Positions 45,767 through 55,083 of a stretch of DNA of 64,000 bases are shown in pieces. A program made the translations under genes and the position numbers. The DNA is from Hyphomonas sp. (GTDB lineage: Bacteria; Pseudomonadota; Alphaproteobacteria; Caulobacterales; Hyphomonadaceae), in contig JAWKUV010000011.1 in the NCBI GenBank assembly GCA_041398365.1, forward strand, positions 18,626 to 82,625. Direction: 5' to 3'. Position 1 is the stretch's first letter, and every line of letters begins with the position of its first letter. The notes under the pieces were generated by a model. The model was not told the origin of the DNA, searched no databases, and saw nothing but the letters and a program-made list of their open reading frames with translations.

Positions 45767-46182
45767 CCCGCCGGCTCGTCCTGGTCGTCGCCGCAGCACT
45801 CTATAATGACAAGGGCGAGATCCTCCTGGCACAGCGGCCGGAGGGCAAGCAGCTCGCGGGCCTGTGGGAATTCCCGGGCGGCAAGGTCGAGCCCGGCGAG
45901 ACGCCCGAGGCGGCCCTTGTCCGCGAACTGCACGAGGAACTCTCGATCACGGTTAATGAATCGGAACTCGAACCGATCACATTCGCCAGTCACACTTACG
46001 CGGAGTTTCACCTCCTGATGCCATTATACCGGTGTCAGGCATGGTCAGGCGAAGTGTGTCCGCGCGAGGGTCAATCCATCGCGTGGGTCTCTCCGGGGGA
46101 CTTGTTTGACTACCCGGCCCCACCGGCAGATTTGCCACTGTTCGGGGTGTTGTCGGGCAAACGCGCGACGGAGGGATCATGA
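45763..46182 (+). CDS. mutT: 8-oxo-dGTP diphosphatase MutT
   Basis: Nudix box WEFPGGKVEPGETPEAALVRELHEE; synteny with argJ. Confidence 0.92.
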   Translation: MTRRLVLVVAAALYNDKGEILLAQRPEGKQLAGLWEFPGGKVEPGETPEAALVRELHEELSITVNESELEPITFASHTYAEFHLLMPLYRCQAWSGEVCPREGQSIAWVSPGDLFDYPAPPADLPLFGVLSGKRATEGS

Positions 46183-46355
46183 AGGCCGCACGTAAACAGT
46201 TTGCTCGTTTTCTCGCGGATGACCGCGGGGCGACGGCTATCGAATACGCGCTGATTGCCGGAATCATGGTGATTGCAGTCGTCGGCGGCGCAACCGCCAT
46301 CGGCACAGGCGCCAGCTCAAGCTTCAGCAACGCTGCAGACAGCTTCCCGGCCTAG
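46179..46355 (+). CDS. Flp/Fap type IVb pilin (58 aa, not in the ORF track)
   Basis: MKAARKQFARFLADDRG/ATAIEYALIAGIMVIAVV...; prepilin cleavage motif; ATGA overlap with the mutT stop. Confidence 0.9.
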   Translation: MKAARKQFARFLADDRGATAIEYALIAGIMVIAVVGGATAIGTGASSSFSNAADSFPA

Positions 46356-47284
46356 GACGCGCCGGGTTCGTTCCGATTGTCCTGCCGGCGTACCGCGTCG
46401 GCGAGGCTCGCCTTTGCAGACCCCGGCTTCAGCGGTTTCGGCTGGCCGGGTGCCGGCGCCCAGCCCGACACATGCACAATTTCGAACGTCGTCCGCACAC
46501 GCCCGTCCGGGTCGCTGTGCCGTTCATGGGCGAGTTCAAGCGCCCGCATCAACACGCGCCGCGGCAGGGGACGGATCATGCCGGAGGCAAGCGCATTGCG
46601 TTCGCCCATCCCCTTGAGGTCGGCCAGCAGCCGCGCCGGTTCACGATAGCGCACCACGACCGTGTCGCGGTCGGCCACGGGCAGGGCAAAGCCCGCCCGC
46701 TGCATCAGGTCGGCCATGTCTTTCAGGCCGGGCAGGGGTGACAGGCGGGGCGAGGCCCCTCCGGTCAGCTCCGTCTCGGCTTCCATCAGGCACTCGCGCA
46801 GCTCCGCCAGCGTGCCGGCGCCGTAGAGCGCACCGAGAAACAGGCCGTCCGGCTTCAGCGCCTGCCGGATGCGCACCAGCGTGCCGGGCAGGTCGTTCAC
46901 CCAGTGCAGCGACAGGGCCGACACGATCAGGTCGTAGCGCCCGGCCGGGATCTCCGGCGTTTCCTCGTCCAGCACGAAGGCGTCGAGGCCGGCGGCCTGC
47001 GCGCAGGCGACCATGGCCGCAGAGGCATCGCTCGCCTCGACCGCCCCGACCCGGCCGGTCCCGGCCAGGAGCGCCGCGAGCCGACCGTCATGGCAGCCGA
47101 GGTCGAGGCCGCGCTCGAAGGGACGCGGCGTGTCGAGCACGCGGTCGGCGAGGTCCCTCGACACACGCTCCTTCAGGAACGCATAATGGTCATACGAACC
47201 GGCCGCACGATCACGGTTGCGCGCAACACGATCACGGTCGAAGACACGTGGCGGGGGTTTAACGGGGGAGCCGGAAGGCGTCAT
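46352..47284 (-). CDS. SAM-dependent methyltransferase (BioC/NDUFAF5-like)
   Basis: [41 protein letters not shown]. Confidence 0.88.
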   Translation of the reverse strand: MTPSGSPVKPPPRVFDRDRVARNRDRAAGSYDHYAFLKERVSRDLADRVLDTPRPFERGLDLGCHDGRLAALLAGTGRVGAVEASDASAAMVACAQAAGLDAFVLDEETPEIPAGRYDLIVSALSLHWVNDLPGTLVRIRQALKPDGLFLGALYGAGTLAELRECLMEAETELTGGASPRLSPLPGLKDMADLMQRAGFALPVADRDTVVVRYREPARLLADLKGMGERNALASGMIRPLPRRVLMRALELAHERHSDPDGRVRTTFEIVHVSGWAPAPGQPKPLKPGSAKASLADAVRRQDNRNEPGAS

Positions 47285-47613
47285 GGCACGCGATATGGAG
47301 CAGCAGCGGGTCCGTTCAAAGGCCTTTCTGCGCCGCGCCGCCAATTTCCTCTGGCCGCCCCGATCCCTCGTCAGCCGCGAGCCAGGGCGGTCTCTCGGCA
47401 CGCGCCCGCCGCCGCAATGTGGCCGGCGCCTTCGAGGTCGGCCGCCGCCGGGCCGGGCTTGTACAGGGTAAACGCGTCCTGCTGGTCGACGACGTGCTGA
47501 CCACCGGGGCGACCCTGTCGGCGTGCACCCGTGCCCTGAAACGGGCAGGGGCGCGGCATGTCGACGTCCTGGTGCTTGCACGCGTTGTCCGGGAAACCGA
47601 CGTCACCATATAA
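47283..47613 (+). pseudogene. comF: ComF family gene with a large internal deletion and frameshift
   Basis: N-terminal ...[15 protein letters not shown] is joined out of frame to [17 protein letters not shown]...[14 protein letters not shown]...VLARV. Confidence 0.8.
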
Positions 47614-47641
47614 TATCTGTAACGGTTCCAAGGAGCGCCCG

Positions 47642-47902
47642 ATGGCGAAGGTCACGATCTATACCCGTCAGTTCTGCCCGTACTGTTCGCGGGCTGTCTC
47701 GCTGCTGCGCGAGAAGCAGGTGGAGTTCGAGGAAATCGACGCCGGCATGAGCCCGGAGAAAAAGGCCGAGATGGTCCAGCGCTCGAATGGCGGTCGCACG
47801 TTCCCGCAGATTTTTGTCGGCGAACACCACATCGGTGGCTGCGACGACATGATGGCGCTGGAACGCGCGGGCAAGCTCGACCCGCTCCTGGCGTCGCCTT
47901 GA
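47642..47902 (+). CDS. grxC: Glutaredoxin 3
   Basis: CPYC, TFPQIF, IGGCDD. Confidence 0.95.
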   Translation: MAKVTIYTRQFCPYCSRAVSLLREKQVEFEEIDAGMSPEKKAEMVQRSNGGRTFPQIFVGEHHIGGCDDMMALERAGKLDPLLASP

Positions 47903-47919
47903 CCTGAGAGGGCTGTCCG

Positions 47920-48360
47920 GTGATCCGATACGCGCTCCACTGCAAGGCCTGTGGCGAGGATTTCGAGGCGTGGTTCGCCTCCTCGTCGGCCTATGACACC
48001 CAGAAGGAGAAGCGGCAGGTGCGCTGCACTGCCTGCAACTCCTCGCGCATCGAAAAGCAGATCATGGCCCCGGCTGTAAAGACCACGAAGGGCCGGGAGG
48101 CGCAGCAGGATCCCGAGCAGGAGTTCGCCGCCTTCGCCGCAAAGGCACGCCAGCTTGTCGCCGAGAATTTCGACTATGTCGGCGACGGTTTCGCCGAGGA
48201 AGCCCGCTCCATGTTCTATGGCGAGCAGGCCGAGCGCCCGATCTGGGGCGAGACCACGGAAGAGGAACGCGAGGCGCTGAAGGAGGAAGGCGTTCCGGCT
48301 GCGCCGTTGCCGGCCGCGTTCACGCCCCCCGTGCCGAAGCCGAAAGGCCCCCTCAACTAG
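47920..48360 (+). CDS. DUF1178 family protein
   Basis: MIRYALHC...FEAWFASS, CTAC, KQIMAP, DYVGDGFAEEAR. Confidence 0.9.
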   Translation: MIRYALHCKACGEDFEAWFASSSAYDTQKEKRQVRCTACNSSRIEKQIMAPAVKTTKGREAQQDPEQEFAAFAAKARQLVAENFDYVGDGFAEEARSMFYGEQAERPIWGETTEEEREALKEEGVPAAPLPAAFTPPVPKPKGPLN

Positions 48361-48460
48361 GCTGCACTTTGCCGGGATGAGGGCGCTATGACGCGCTTGA
48401 CCCTTGGCCCGCCTTCGATAATACCGCAGGCAGCACGAATTTCACGGGGAGAGCCCTTTC

Positions 48461-48763
48461 ATGGCCGCCAGCGAATACCACCACGGAGACATGGACATCC
48501 ACGCTCAGAAAGCCACCTGGGATGGCTTCCTCAAGGGCGGTACGTGGGGCAGCCTGATCATCGCCCTGATGATTGGCCACGCTGTTCTCGCCATTGCCAT
48601 CGGCATCCACTGGGCCGTGTCGCTTGGCCTGATGGCCGTTGTGGGCTTCCTGGCCGGTCTGCTGCTGAACCTCGGCGGCCGCTGGATGGCGACCCTGGTA
48701 ATCCTGATTCTCACCGGCCTGTTCGTCCAGTTCATGATCTGGCTGTTCGGCGTCCTGATCTGA
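48461..48763 (+). CDS. aa3-type cytochrome c oxidase subunit IV-like protein
   Basis: HGDMDIHAQKATWDGF followed by TM helices. Confidence 0.75.
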   Translation: MAASEYHHGDMDIHAQKATWDGFLKGGTWGSLIIALMIGHAVLAIAIGIHWAVSLGLMAVVGFLAGLLLNLGGRWMATLVILILTGLFVQFMIWLFGVLI

Positions 48764-48776
48764 CGCCCGCAGGCGC

Positions 48777-49028
48777 CTAGGCGTCTTCACCCATATCGCA
48801 GGTCTCGCACACCGCCTCGGCCGGATCGGCTTCGAGGCGGTTCAGTCCTATTTGTCCGGCACAGGCGAGGCAGAAGCCATAACGGCCTGTCTCCATCCGG
48901 TCGAGCGCCGCCTCGATTCGTGCCAGCTGGCGGGCATAGGAATGCGGCTCGCGGTGCGCCGCGGTCGTGCCTTCAGGGGCCGCGAGGCCAAGGCAGGATG
49001 GAGCAAGAGAGGCGACATCCGTTTTCAT
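48777..49028 (-). CDS. DksA/TraR C4-type zinc finger protein (short)
   Basis: IEAALDRMETGRYGFCLACAGQI...RLEADP..VCETC. Confidence 0.8.
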   Translation of the reverse strand: MKTDVASLAPSCLGLAAPEGTTAAHREPHSYARQLARIEAALDRMETGRYGFCLACAGQIGLNRLEADPAEAVCETCDMGEDA

Positions 49029-49146
49029 GACAGGATCATGCTGCGACTCCTTTAAGGGGTTGGCAAGGCGGACCGAGGCAAAGAGTACCGAGCCATATCG
49101 ACTCTCGTGAAAAGCGAGCGTTTTTCATCAGGCTTCGGAGATACGG

Positions 49147-50118
49147 ATGGCCGGTTCCCCCCTCGTCCTGACGCAGGTCACCAAGCGTTTTGGTGCCTTT
49201 ACCGCCGTGAGCGGACTGTCGCTCGACGTGCCGGAAGGCAAGATCATCGGCTTCCTCGGACCCAATGGTGCCGGCAAGTCGACCAGCCTGCGGATGTCGC
49301 TGGGCGTCATCCCGCCGGACGAAGGCGAGGTGCGCCTGTTCGGCGAACGGCCGAACATCCTGTCGCTGCGCCGGGTCGGGTTCCTGCCGGAGGAGCGCGG
49401 CCTCTACAAGAAGATGACCGCGCGCGAGACCATCGCCTATTTCGCCCGCCTGAAGGGCATGAGCGCCGGCGAGGCGAAGGCGCGCGCCAATGAGCTGATG
49501 GATGCGACCGGTCTGGAGGCCTTCAAGGCTTCGCGCATCTCGAAGCTCTCAAAGGGCATGGCGCAAAAGGTTCAGATCCTCGCGACGCTTGCCCACCGGC
49601 CGGACTTCCTGATCCTCGACGAACCGTTCTCCGGCCTCGACCCGGTGAACCAGCAGGTGCTGGAAGATATCATCCGGGCCGAACATGCGCGTGGCGCGAC
49701 GATCCTTTTCTCGACGCATGTGATGGAACATGCCGAACGCCTGTGCGACCGGATCGTGATGATGGCGCGCGGACGCAAGGTTTTCGACGGCACGCTGCCG
49801 GAGGCATTTGCCTCGCTCGAGAAGGGGGCTTCGATCGAAGTCGAGACCGGTTTCGACCTTGGGACCGCCCTGGCCGCAAAAGGCTTTGCGGCGCAGCGCG
49901 CGGCGGATCGCGGTCATGGCGATGCCTGGCGGATCGCGCTGCCGAAAGGCGTCGGTCCGCAGGATGCCCTGCGCGCTGCCATTGAGGCCGGTGCTCCGAT
50001 CACTGGCTTCGCACCGGATGAGGCGCGCCTGCGAGATGTGTTCGTCTCGCTTGTGGGGGAGGCAGAGGCCGCCGCGCTTGATGCCTCGGCCGGTGCGCAA
50101 GAGGGAGTGCCTGCCTGA
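49147..50118 (+). CDS. ABC transporter ATP-binding protein (NatA/YhaQ-like)
   Basis: GPNGAGKS, LSKGMAQK, LILDEPFSGLDPVN. Confidence 0.93.
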   Translation: MAGSPLVLTQVTKRFGAFTAVSGLSLDVPEGKIIGFLGPNGAGKSTSLRMSLGVIPPDEGEVRLFGERPNILSLRRVGFLPEERGLYKKMTARETIAYFARLKGMSAGEAKARANELMDATGLEAFKASRISKLSKGMAQKVQILATLAHRPDFLILDEPFSGLDPVNQQVLEDIIRAEHARGATILFSTHVMEHAERLCDRIVMMARGRKVFDGTLPEAFASLEKGASIEVETGFDLGTALAAKGFAAQRAADRGHGDAWRIALPKGVGPQDALRAAIEAGAPITGFAPDEARLRDVFVSLVGEAEAAALDASAGAQEGVPA

Positions 50119-51491
50119 TGCGCAACATCTATCTCATCTTCCGCCGCGACTATCTTGGCTATGTGAAGGCCTGGGGCTTCTGGCTGAGCCTCGCCGCCGT
50201 GCCCGCGCTGATGCTGATCGGCTCGACCTTCGCGCTGTTCGCGATCCAGTCCTCGCCGGTGCGCTACTATACGGTCGTCGAACCCGGCCATGTCTATGCC
50301 GACGCGATCGATGCCCAGTTCGCTGTCGACGAGATCGCCGAAAAGGCGCAGGATATGGCCGAACAGATTCAGGTGGGCCCCGGCGACAAGGCAGCCGGAG
50401 CGCTCCGTGAGCGGAAGTTCGTGGCCGTGCCGCCACCCGCCCGCGACCTTGACGGACTGCGGCCCTACCTGCTCGGCGAGGCAACGGCTTCAGGCCCGCT
50501 CGGCCCGAAGCCGCTGTTCGCCGCCTTCATCCTGTCGGAGGACGGAACGACACTCGAATACTGGAGCGATGACGTCAACATCAACACGCTGCGTTATGAG
50601 GCCCGCGACGCAATGCGCCAGCTGGCTCGCACCGAAGCCCTGGCGGCTGCCGGGCTCAGCGCAGACTTCATTGAGGCCGCCGACGATGCCGCCGTGAAAG
50701 TGCCGGAACGCCGCATCCGCAGCGTGGCAGATCAGGAGCAGGCCGGAAATGAAGTCACCCTGGCAGACCGCGCGCCCGTGTTCGTGGCCGGCGCCATGGC
50801 CTATTTCCTCTGGCTGATGGTGTTCTCGATCATCCAGTACCTGCTGATGGGCACGATCGAAGAGCGCTCGAACAAGATCTTCGACACGCTGCTGACCTCG
50901 GTACGCATGCCGGAACTGATCGCGGGCAAGCTGCTTGCCGTATTCGCGGTGACCTCCACCATGATGGCGGTCTGGGGCCTGTTCGCTCTGTCGGGCTCCG
51001 CTTTCCTGTCGACGCTGGTGCCGGGCGCGGGCGACATGATCACGCCTTTCATGGCCGCTGCCGCCAGCCCGCAGATCATGATCCCCGGCCTCGTCAGCTT
51101 CGTGATGGGCTACATCATGTACGGGCTGATCTTCATGGCGCTCGGCTCGCTCTGCGACACGATCCAGGAGGCTCAGACGCTGCTCAGCCCGATGATGATC
51201 CTGCTCATGCTGCCCATGTTCGCGATCTTCATCGCCTTCCAGGATCCCGGCTCGCCTGTCGTGGACATCGCCACCTGGGTGCCGCTGTTCACGCCCTTCC
51301 TGCTGATCCTGCGCATGCCGCACGACCCGCCGCTGTGGGAAGTCATCGTGCAGATGGGCCTGATGCTGGCAACGATGCTGGCCGTGCTCTGGTTCTCGAT
51401 CAAGGTCTACCGTGCCGGGGCCGTGAATGGCGCCGGCATCGGCGATCTCGGCCGGATGCTGAAAGGCATGCTCGGCCGGAAGGCAGGCTGA
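50118..51491 (+). CDS. ABC-2 transporter permease (NatB/YhaP-like)
   Basis: IEERSNKIFDTLL, GKLLA, PLFTP; multiple TM segments. Confidence 0.9.
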   Translation: MRNIYLIFRRDYLGYVKAWGFWLSLAAVPALMLIGSTFALFAIQSSPVRYYTVVEPGHVYADAIDAQFAVDEIAEKAQDMAEQIQVGPGDKAAGALRERKFVAVPPPARDLDGLRPYLLGEATASGPLGPKPLFAAFILSEDGTTLEYWSDDVNINTLRYEARDAMRQLARTEALAAAGLSADFIEAADDAAVKVPERRIRSVADQEQAGNEVTLADRAPVFVAGAMAYFLWLMVFSIIQYLLMGTIEERSNKIFDTLLTSVRMPELIAGKLLAVFAVTSTMMAVWGLFALSGSAFLSTLVPGAGDMITPFMAAAASPQIMIPGLVSFVMGYIMYGLIFMALGSLCDTIQEAQTLLSPMMILLMLPMFAIFIAFQDPGSPVVDIATWVPLFTPFLLILRMPHDPPLWEVIVQMGLMLATMLAVLWFSIKVYRAGAVNGAGIGDLGRMLKGMLGRKAG

Positions 51492-51495
51492 AACG

Positions 51496-53196
51496 TCAGA
51501 GGCCCGACAGCCGCTTCAGACATGCGGTTTCCTCTTTCGCGGAAAGGTCCGCTGCCAGTTCAAGCGATCGCACGGTACGGGTCTCCCGGCCCATCGGCCG
51601 CCATGTGATGGCGCGGACGCCGTCGCCGTCGGTCACCTGGGCGGTCTTCTCCTTCATCGGATCGCGGTCGTTCGAATTCTCGGACCATGACCGGAGTTGC
51701 ATGCCGTCGCGCAGGCCGGCTTCCCAGGCGGCGCTGCCCTCGATGACGCCCTGGATCTTCCAGCCGGCGGCCTGCGTGGCGGCGAAGTCGAAACCGCGCT
51801 CCCATACAGCACGTTCTTCAACGACGACCCGGCCGCAAGGGGCGAACAGGTCTTCGGGCAGGGACACGGGACCACCCTGCATGGCCATGGCTTCGAGGTC
51901 TGCAGAGGGGTCCCAGCCGGCGACCTTTTTCACACTGCGGACCAGCAGGTCGTAGATGCCGGCCTGATCGTCCTTCGCGGCCGACTTCTCCATGCGCAGG
52001 AGCACATCGTCGAGGTCGCGCCTGCCTTTTGTCTTTTCACGGATCTTTCCATCGAGCCACGAGGCGATCAGCATGCCCTTCTGGTAAGGCAGCCGGCTCA
52101 TGTCCGGACCGGACCAGAAGCCGGCGGCGATGGCATCCGCATCGGCATTGCGTACGGGCGACAGGTCGAACGCGTTTGCGGACTTGTTGAAGGCCTCTGC
52201 GAAATCCGTTGCCGACCAGACGCCTTCGCGGACGAGAACACGAAAGCTGGCCCAGTCCGTGAAACCCTCGGACAGCCAGTACTGGCGTGCTTCGTTTTCT
52301 TCCGGCATCCGGCCGATCCGGTGCGGAATCCAGGAATGCATCATTTCATGCGCCAGCAGGGGCGCGACATCCTTGCCGTCAATATTGGCGCTGGCGAAGA
52401 TCGAGAAGGCATCGCCGAGGCCGGTGCCGCCGATCGAATACACGTCAGGGCCGAGTTGTTCGGCAATGACGGTGACGAGGAAGGGCGCGTCCTTCGAATT
52501 CCAGTATGCGCGTTCGGCGCGCGAGATGCGGCCGAACGTGTCCTGCCAGTAGGGATCGTCGACCGCGTCGAATTTGCCGACGAGACCGAGACGGGCGCCA
52601 CCCCCCGCATCGATGATCCGGATGTCGCCCCCAAGCAGTGCGCTCTGGCCGAGCGCGTCGAATGTGGTGAGGCCTTCCGGGGCATGTTCCAGGTCGGAGA
52701 CAAGAGGCAGGCCGTCCGGATGTCTGAGGCGTACGCGGGAGGGGGCGTCATCGCTGACATGATCGGGCCGGGGCAGGGCCGTGTAGCCGATGAAAAAGAA
52801 ATAGTCCGGCGTGAAGCGTGGGCGGTAATCGTTTCCACCGCGCTTGGCGGGTGGCGCATCCGGGCCGCCGCCGAGTGTCCAGGTCAGCGTGACGGTCGCG
52901 CCGGGTGCGTGCCGCAGCACAAGATGAGCGGCATCGGCGCCGGGTTCGAGACTCGCGCCCCTGGCCGAAAAGTCCCTCAGCCCGCGATAAAGCTCTCGCT
53001 GGCCACCCCATTGGTCCGGAAGGTTCAGGACCGTTTCGCCGTCCGCCTCGCCGGCAAAAGTCAGGGCGAAGTCGATATGGGCGACGTGCCCGTCTTCCAG
53101 CACCGGTGCGACGGACAGGTCGATGACCTCTTCCGGCGGAGCTGCCCCGAAAAGAAGCGCTATCGCCGCTGCAATCGACCCGGTCCTGAAAAGCAT
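51496..53196 (-). CDS. M61-like zinc aminopeptidase with C-terminal PDZ
   Basis: LAHEMMHSW, WLSEGFTDW, YQKG, SAAWEAGLRDG. Confidence 0.8.
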   Translation of the reverse strand: MLFRTGSIAAAIALLFGAAPPEEVIDLSVAPVLEDGHVAHIDFALTFAGEADGETVLNLPDQWGGQRELYRGLRDFSARGASLEPGADAAHLVLRHAPGATVTLTWTLGGGPDAPPAKRGGNDYRPRFTPDYFFFIGYTALPRPDHVSDDAPSRVRLRHPDGLPLVSDLEHAPEGLTTFDALGQSALLGGDIRIIDAGGGARLGLVGKFDAVDDPYWQDTFGRISRAERAYWNSKDAPFLVTVIAEQLGPDVYSIGGTGLGDAFSIFASANIDGKDVAPLLAHEMMHSWIPHRIGRMPEENEARQYWLSEGFTDWASFRVLVREGVWSATDFAEAFNKSANAFDLSPVRNADADAIAAGFWSGPDMSRLPYQKGMLIASWLDGKIREKTKGRRDLDDVLLRMEKSAAKDDQAGIYDLLVRSVKKVAGWDPSADLEAMAMQGGPVSLPEDLFAPCGRVVVEERAVWERGFDFAATQAAGWKIQGVIEGSAAWEAGLRDGMQLRSWSENSNDRDPMKEKTAQVTDGDGVRAITWRPMGRETRTVRSLELAADLSAKEETACLKRLSGL

Positions 53197-53326
53197 TGAA
53201 AACCCCGCAGACAAATACCGCCTCGTTGCGAACCGTTCGTCCTGCAGCAAGTCTATTCTCGTTTCGGAACTGTATTTGCTGCATCCCTGGTACCGGAAGA
53301 GGCATCCGGACAGTCAGGCCGATAAC

Positions 53327-53355
53327 AAAAACCCCGTCAGAGCGATCTGACGGGG
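53327..53355 (-). terminator. Intrinsic terminator of rpsU
   Basis: CCCCGTCAGA-N4-TCTGACGGGG followed by T5 on the minus strand. Confidence 0.85.
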
Positions 53356-53386
53356 CTTCCGGAATTCATATCGTAGCGAGAAGCGC

Positions 53387-53608
53387 TTACACGATGCCTT
53401 CGCGCTGGGCGCGCTTGCGGGCCAGTTTGCGGGCGCGGCGGACGGCCTCGGCGCGCTGGCGCGCTTTTTTCTCGGACGGCTTCTCGAAATGCTGGCGGGC
53501 TTTCATCTCACGGAAGAGACCTTCGCGCTGCATCTTCTTCTTCAGAGCGCGCAGGGCCTGCTCAACATTGTTATCGCGGACGACGATCTGTACGATGGGA
53601 ATCTCCAT
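53387..53608 (-). CDS. rpsU: 30S ribosomal protein S21
   Basis: [21 protein letters not shown]...EKPSEK; start ambiguous (see findings). Confidence 0.97.
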   Translation of the reverse strand: MEIPIVQIVVRDNNVEQALRALKKKMQREGLFREMKARQHFEKPSEKKARQRAEAVRRARKLARKRAQREGIV

Positions 53609-53725
53609 TGGGTTGGGGGCGTCGCCCCGATTGTGACCTTGTGTCGGCCCGACAGGCCGGAAAGCGGGCGCTATATCACGTGAAAAGGGTTCAGGCCAAG
53701 CCCCCCTTTGCCATGGAGTTCAGTC

Positions 53726-54373
53726 ATGACTGTCACACCTTCCGAAGCCCTTCGCCGCCGCTGGCTGGACGCCCTCCTGCTGGAGGTCGCCTTTGACGGC
53801 TGGACCGAAGCGGCCGCGGAGCGAGCGGCCAATGAGGTCGGGCTTGGCGATGGTGAACGCGCCCTGGCCGCGCCACGGGGAGTCGTGGACCTGATCGATG
53901 CCTTTTTCGACCGTGCGGCAGAGGCCGCGACGGCGGACCTGAAGGCGCAGGACCTTGCTGCGATGCGGGTGGCGGACCGGGTCAAGGCCGGGGTCCTTGC
54001 CTGGCTGCAGGCACTGGCGCCGGACCGGGAAGCGGTGCGCCGGGCGGCGGCCCGCGGCCTCGTGCCGTGGAGCGCGACCCCGGCCCTGCAGCGTACATGG
54101 CGGGTCGCGGACATGATCTGGGAGGCCGCCGGCGATACGGCGACCGACTACAACCGCTATTCCAAGCGGGGCCTCCTGGCCGCCGCGCTGCCCTCCATCG
54201 TCATGTACTGGCTGGACAACCCGTCCGACGAAGACCTCGACGCCTATGTGGCCCGCCGCCTTGCGCAGGTATCGGGCATGGGGCGCTCTGCCGGGAAGAT
54301 CCTTGGTCCCTTGCTTGACGTGTTCGGCGGGAAAGGGCCCAATGGCGAAGACAGGCGCGGCGCGCGCCACTGA
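53726..54373 (+). CDS. COQ9 family / rpsU-divergently transcribed protein
   Basis: VAFDGWT, ADMIWEAAGDTATDYNRYSKR; divergent from rpsU. Confidence 0.88.
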   Translation: MTVTPSEALRRRWLDALLLEVAFDGWTEAAAERAANEVGLGDGERALAAPRGVVDLIDAFFDRAAEAATADLKAQDLAAMRVADRVKAGVLAWLQALAPDREAVRRAAARGLVPWSATPALQRTWRVADMIWEAAGDTATDYNRYSKRGLLAAALPSIVMYWLDNPSDEDLDAYVARRLAQVSGMGRSAGKILGPLLDVFGGKGPNGEDRRGARH

Positions 54374-54581
54374 CGGGAGCCCGGTTTGCTGTCTGATTTG
54401 CGGGAAGAGTGTCGGACGGAAGTTGATCAAGCGCCCCAGGGGGCTGGGGGGGCTGATGGGTCCGGGGTGCCAGATATTCACCTCCGCCCGACGAGTCCAA
54501 GATGGCTTTCGGCAGGGGCGCAAGCAAGACCGAAAGGTGGCGGTTTCGCCGCAATTCCCGTGATATCCGGGGGTTTTCGCA

Positions 54582-54596
54582 TTAAATGTCGGTTAG
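54582..54596 (+). promoter_or_regulatory. CtrA-like box upstream of the DUF2794 gene
   Basis: TTAA-ATGTCGG-TTAG. Confidence 0.45.
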
Positions 54597-54648
54597 GCGA
54601 GCTTACCGCCCCCCAATTCGCATTACAGGGGAGTCATAAACCAGAAAA

Positions 54649-54984
54649 ATGAGCGAAAATCTGTCCCGCCAGGCCCCGCCTGAGCCCCGAATCGCTTTCC
54701 ATAAAACAGAGCTGCAGCCGATTCTCGATGTCTACGGACGACTCGTCATGGCGGGCGAGGCGCGCGACTATGCGATCGGCATGCACAAGGACCATGCGAT
54801 CTTCGCAATCTTCCGCCGCCACGCGGAAAATCCGACCTGGCGGATCGAGAAGCAGCCGCATCTGGCCAACATGCAGGGACAGTATGTGGTCTACGGACAG
54901 GGCGGCCAGGTGCTGCGCCGCGGCCGGGAACTGGCGCAGGTCCTGCGGGTCTTCGACCGGCGGCGCTTCAGCGTCGTCGAGTGA
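54649..54984 (+). CDS. DUF2794 family protein
   Basis: ELQPILDVYGRLVMAGEARDYAI, AIFRR, QVLRRGREL. Confidence 0.88.
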   Translation: MSENLSRQAPPEPRIAFHKTELQPILDVYGRLVMAGEARDYAIGMHKDHAIFAIFRRHAENPTWRIEKQPHLANMQGQYVVYGQGGQVLRRGRELAQVLRVFDRRRFSVVE

Positions 54985-55032
54985 GTTCTCCACAGCGCGC
55001 CATTAACCTCTTGTTTACCAAAAACTTCTTGC

Positions 55033-55083
55033 GAACAAGATGAGAACAAGATAGGAACATGCCTCCAGGAACGGAGCATGAAC
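55033..55083 (+). promoter_or_regulatory. Cluster of LexA boxes
   Basis: GAAC-AAGATGA-GAAC-AAGATAG-GAAC (55033-55058) and GAAC-GGAGCAT-GAAC (55069-55083). Confidence 0.8.

Noticed and set aside
54374-54560. tmRNA, SRP RNA, RNase P RNA or tRNA in this intergenic region
   Set aside because: None of their signature motifs are visible; kept only as an unassigned ncRNA candidate.
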